A stretch of 32,000 nucleotides of DNA, taken from contig CP065016.1 of NCBI GenBank assembly GCA_016700375.1, positions 1,140,001 to 1,172,000 of the forward strand, in the 5' to 3' direction. Positions 31,919 to 32,000 of the stretch are shown here, piece by piece; within the stretch, counting starts at the first letter, position 1, and every line of letters begins with the position of its first letter. Below the pieces are notes generated by a model. The model saw nothing but the letters and a program-made list of their open reading frames with translations, searched no databases and was not told the DNA's origin. A program made the translations under genes and the position numbers. This DNA is from Candidatus Saccharimonadota bacterium. GTDB taxonomy: Bacteria; Patescibacteriota; Saccharimonadia; Saccharimonadales; UBA4665.

Positions 31919-31937
31919 ATTCTCCGTGAGGTCACCA
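31919..31937 (+). repeat. 19-bp perfect direct repeat of the tRNA-Glu 3' end
   Basis: ATTCTCCGTGAGGTCACCA equals 31748-31766. A further T-arm fragment, GGAGTTCGAT, lies about 60 nt upstream at ~31851-31860. Confidence 0.85.
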
Positions 31938-31941
31938 CAAG

Positions 31942-31971
31942 AGACTCATCGGCATTTGATGGGTCTTTTTG
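31942..31971 (+). terminator. Second hairpin terminator after the duplicated tRNA 3' end
   Basis: AGACTCATC-ggcattt-GATGGGTCT followed by TTTTT. Confidence 0.6.
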
Positions 31972-32000
31972 ATGGTCGCAATGCTAACACGAGTAATTTT

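Noticed and set aside
1-32000. Alternative genetic code (UGA recoding, as in some CPR lineages).
   Set aside because: Several well-conserved genes end at TGA at the expected length, including three ATGA overlaps. No conserved protein appears truncated at an in-frame TGA.

Overview
The window looks like chromosomal DNA from a small-genome monoderm bacterium. My guess is a Saccharibacteria/CPR-like lineage, but that is inference only. The standard genetic code appears to be in use.

Positions 1-16.3 kb are mostly core functions:
- Folate metabolism: folC fragment, DHFR, folD.
- prs and murI/murD.
- tRNA-Arg(TCG) and tRNA-Lys(CTT).

Interleaved with these core genes are four less ordinary modules:
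1. A translationally coupled minus-strand operon: OmpR-type regulator, histidine kinase, DUF817 membrane protein, DHCR24/DIMINUTO-like flavoprotein, EamA transporter.
2. A sulfur-trafficking trio: SQR-like flavoprotein, single-Cys TusE/DsrC, and a DsrE-family protein with a Cys/His-rich leader.
3. A clear heliorhodopsin gene.
4. A ~650-nt ORF-free, hairpin-rich tract.

Positions 16.3-32 kb are accessory and mosaic:
- A REP-associated tyrosine transposase (RAYT) bracketed by four REP hairpins.
- An intact IS4-family element, immediately followed by a 150-bp MITE with the same ends. All three junctions carry CCGAACGA.
- Two receiver-only response regulators, an AAR/shikimate-DH-like dehydrogenase and a multi-TM histidine kinase.
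- A 1.3-kb gene-free tract containing a second copy of a conserved ~87-nt structured block.
- An IS481-like element inserted into a promoter, with a 16-bp duplication.
- A truncated IS remnant.
- Three strongly promoted secreted or surface proteins, two with LPxTG sorting signals.
- tRNA-Glu(TTC), followed by a duplicated copy of its own 3' end.

A GC-rich palindromic repeat family (TGTCATyC...) is scattered through almost every long intergenic region.

No CRISPR array, rRNA gene or recognisable defence operon was seen. The most novel-looking items are the paralogous structured non-coding blocks, the DHCR24-like operon, the heliorhodopsin, and the IS/MITE/palindrome relationships.
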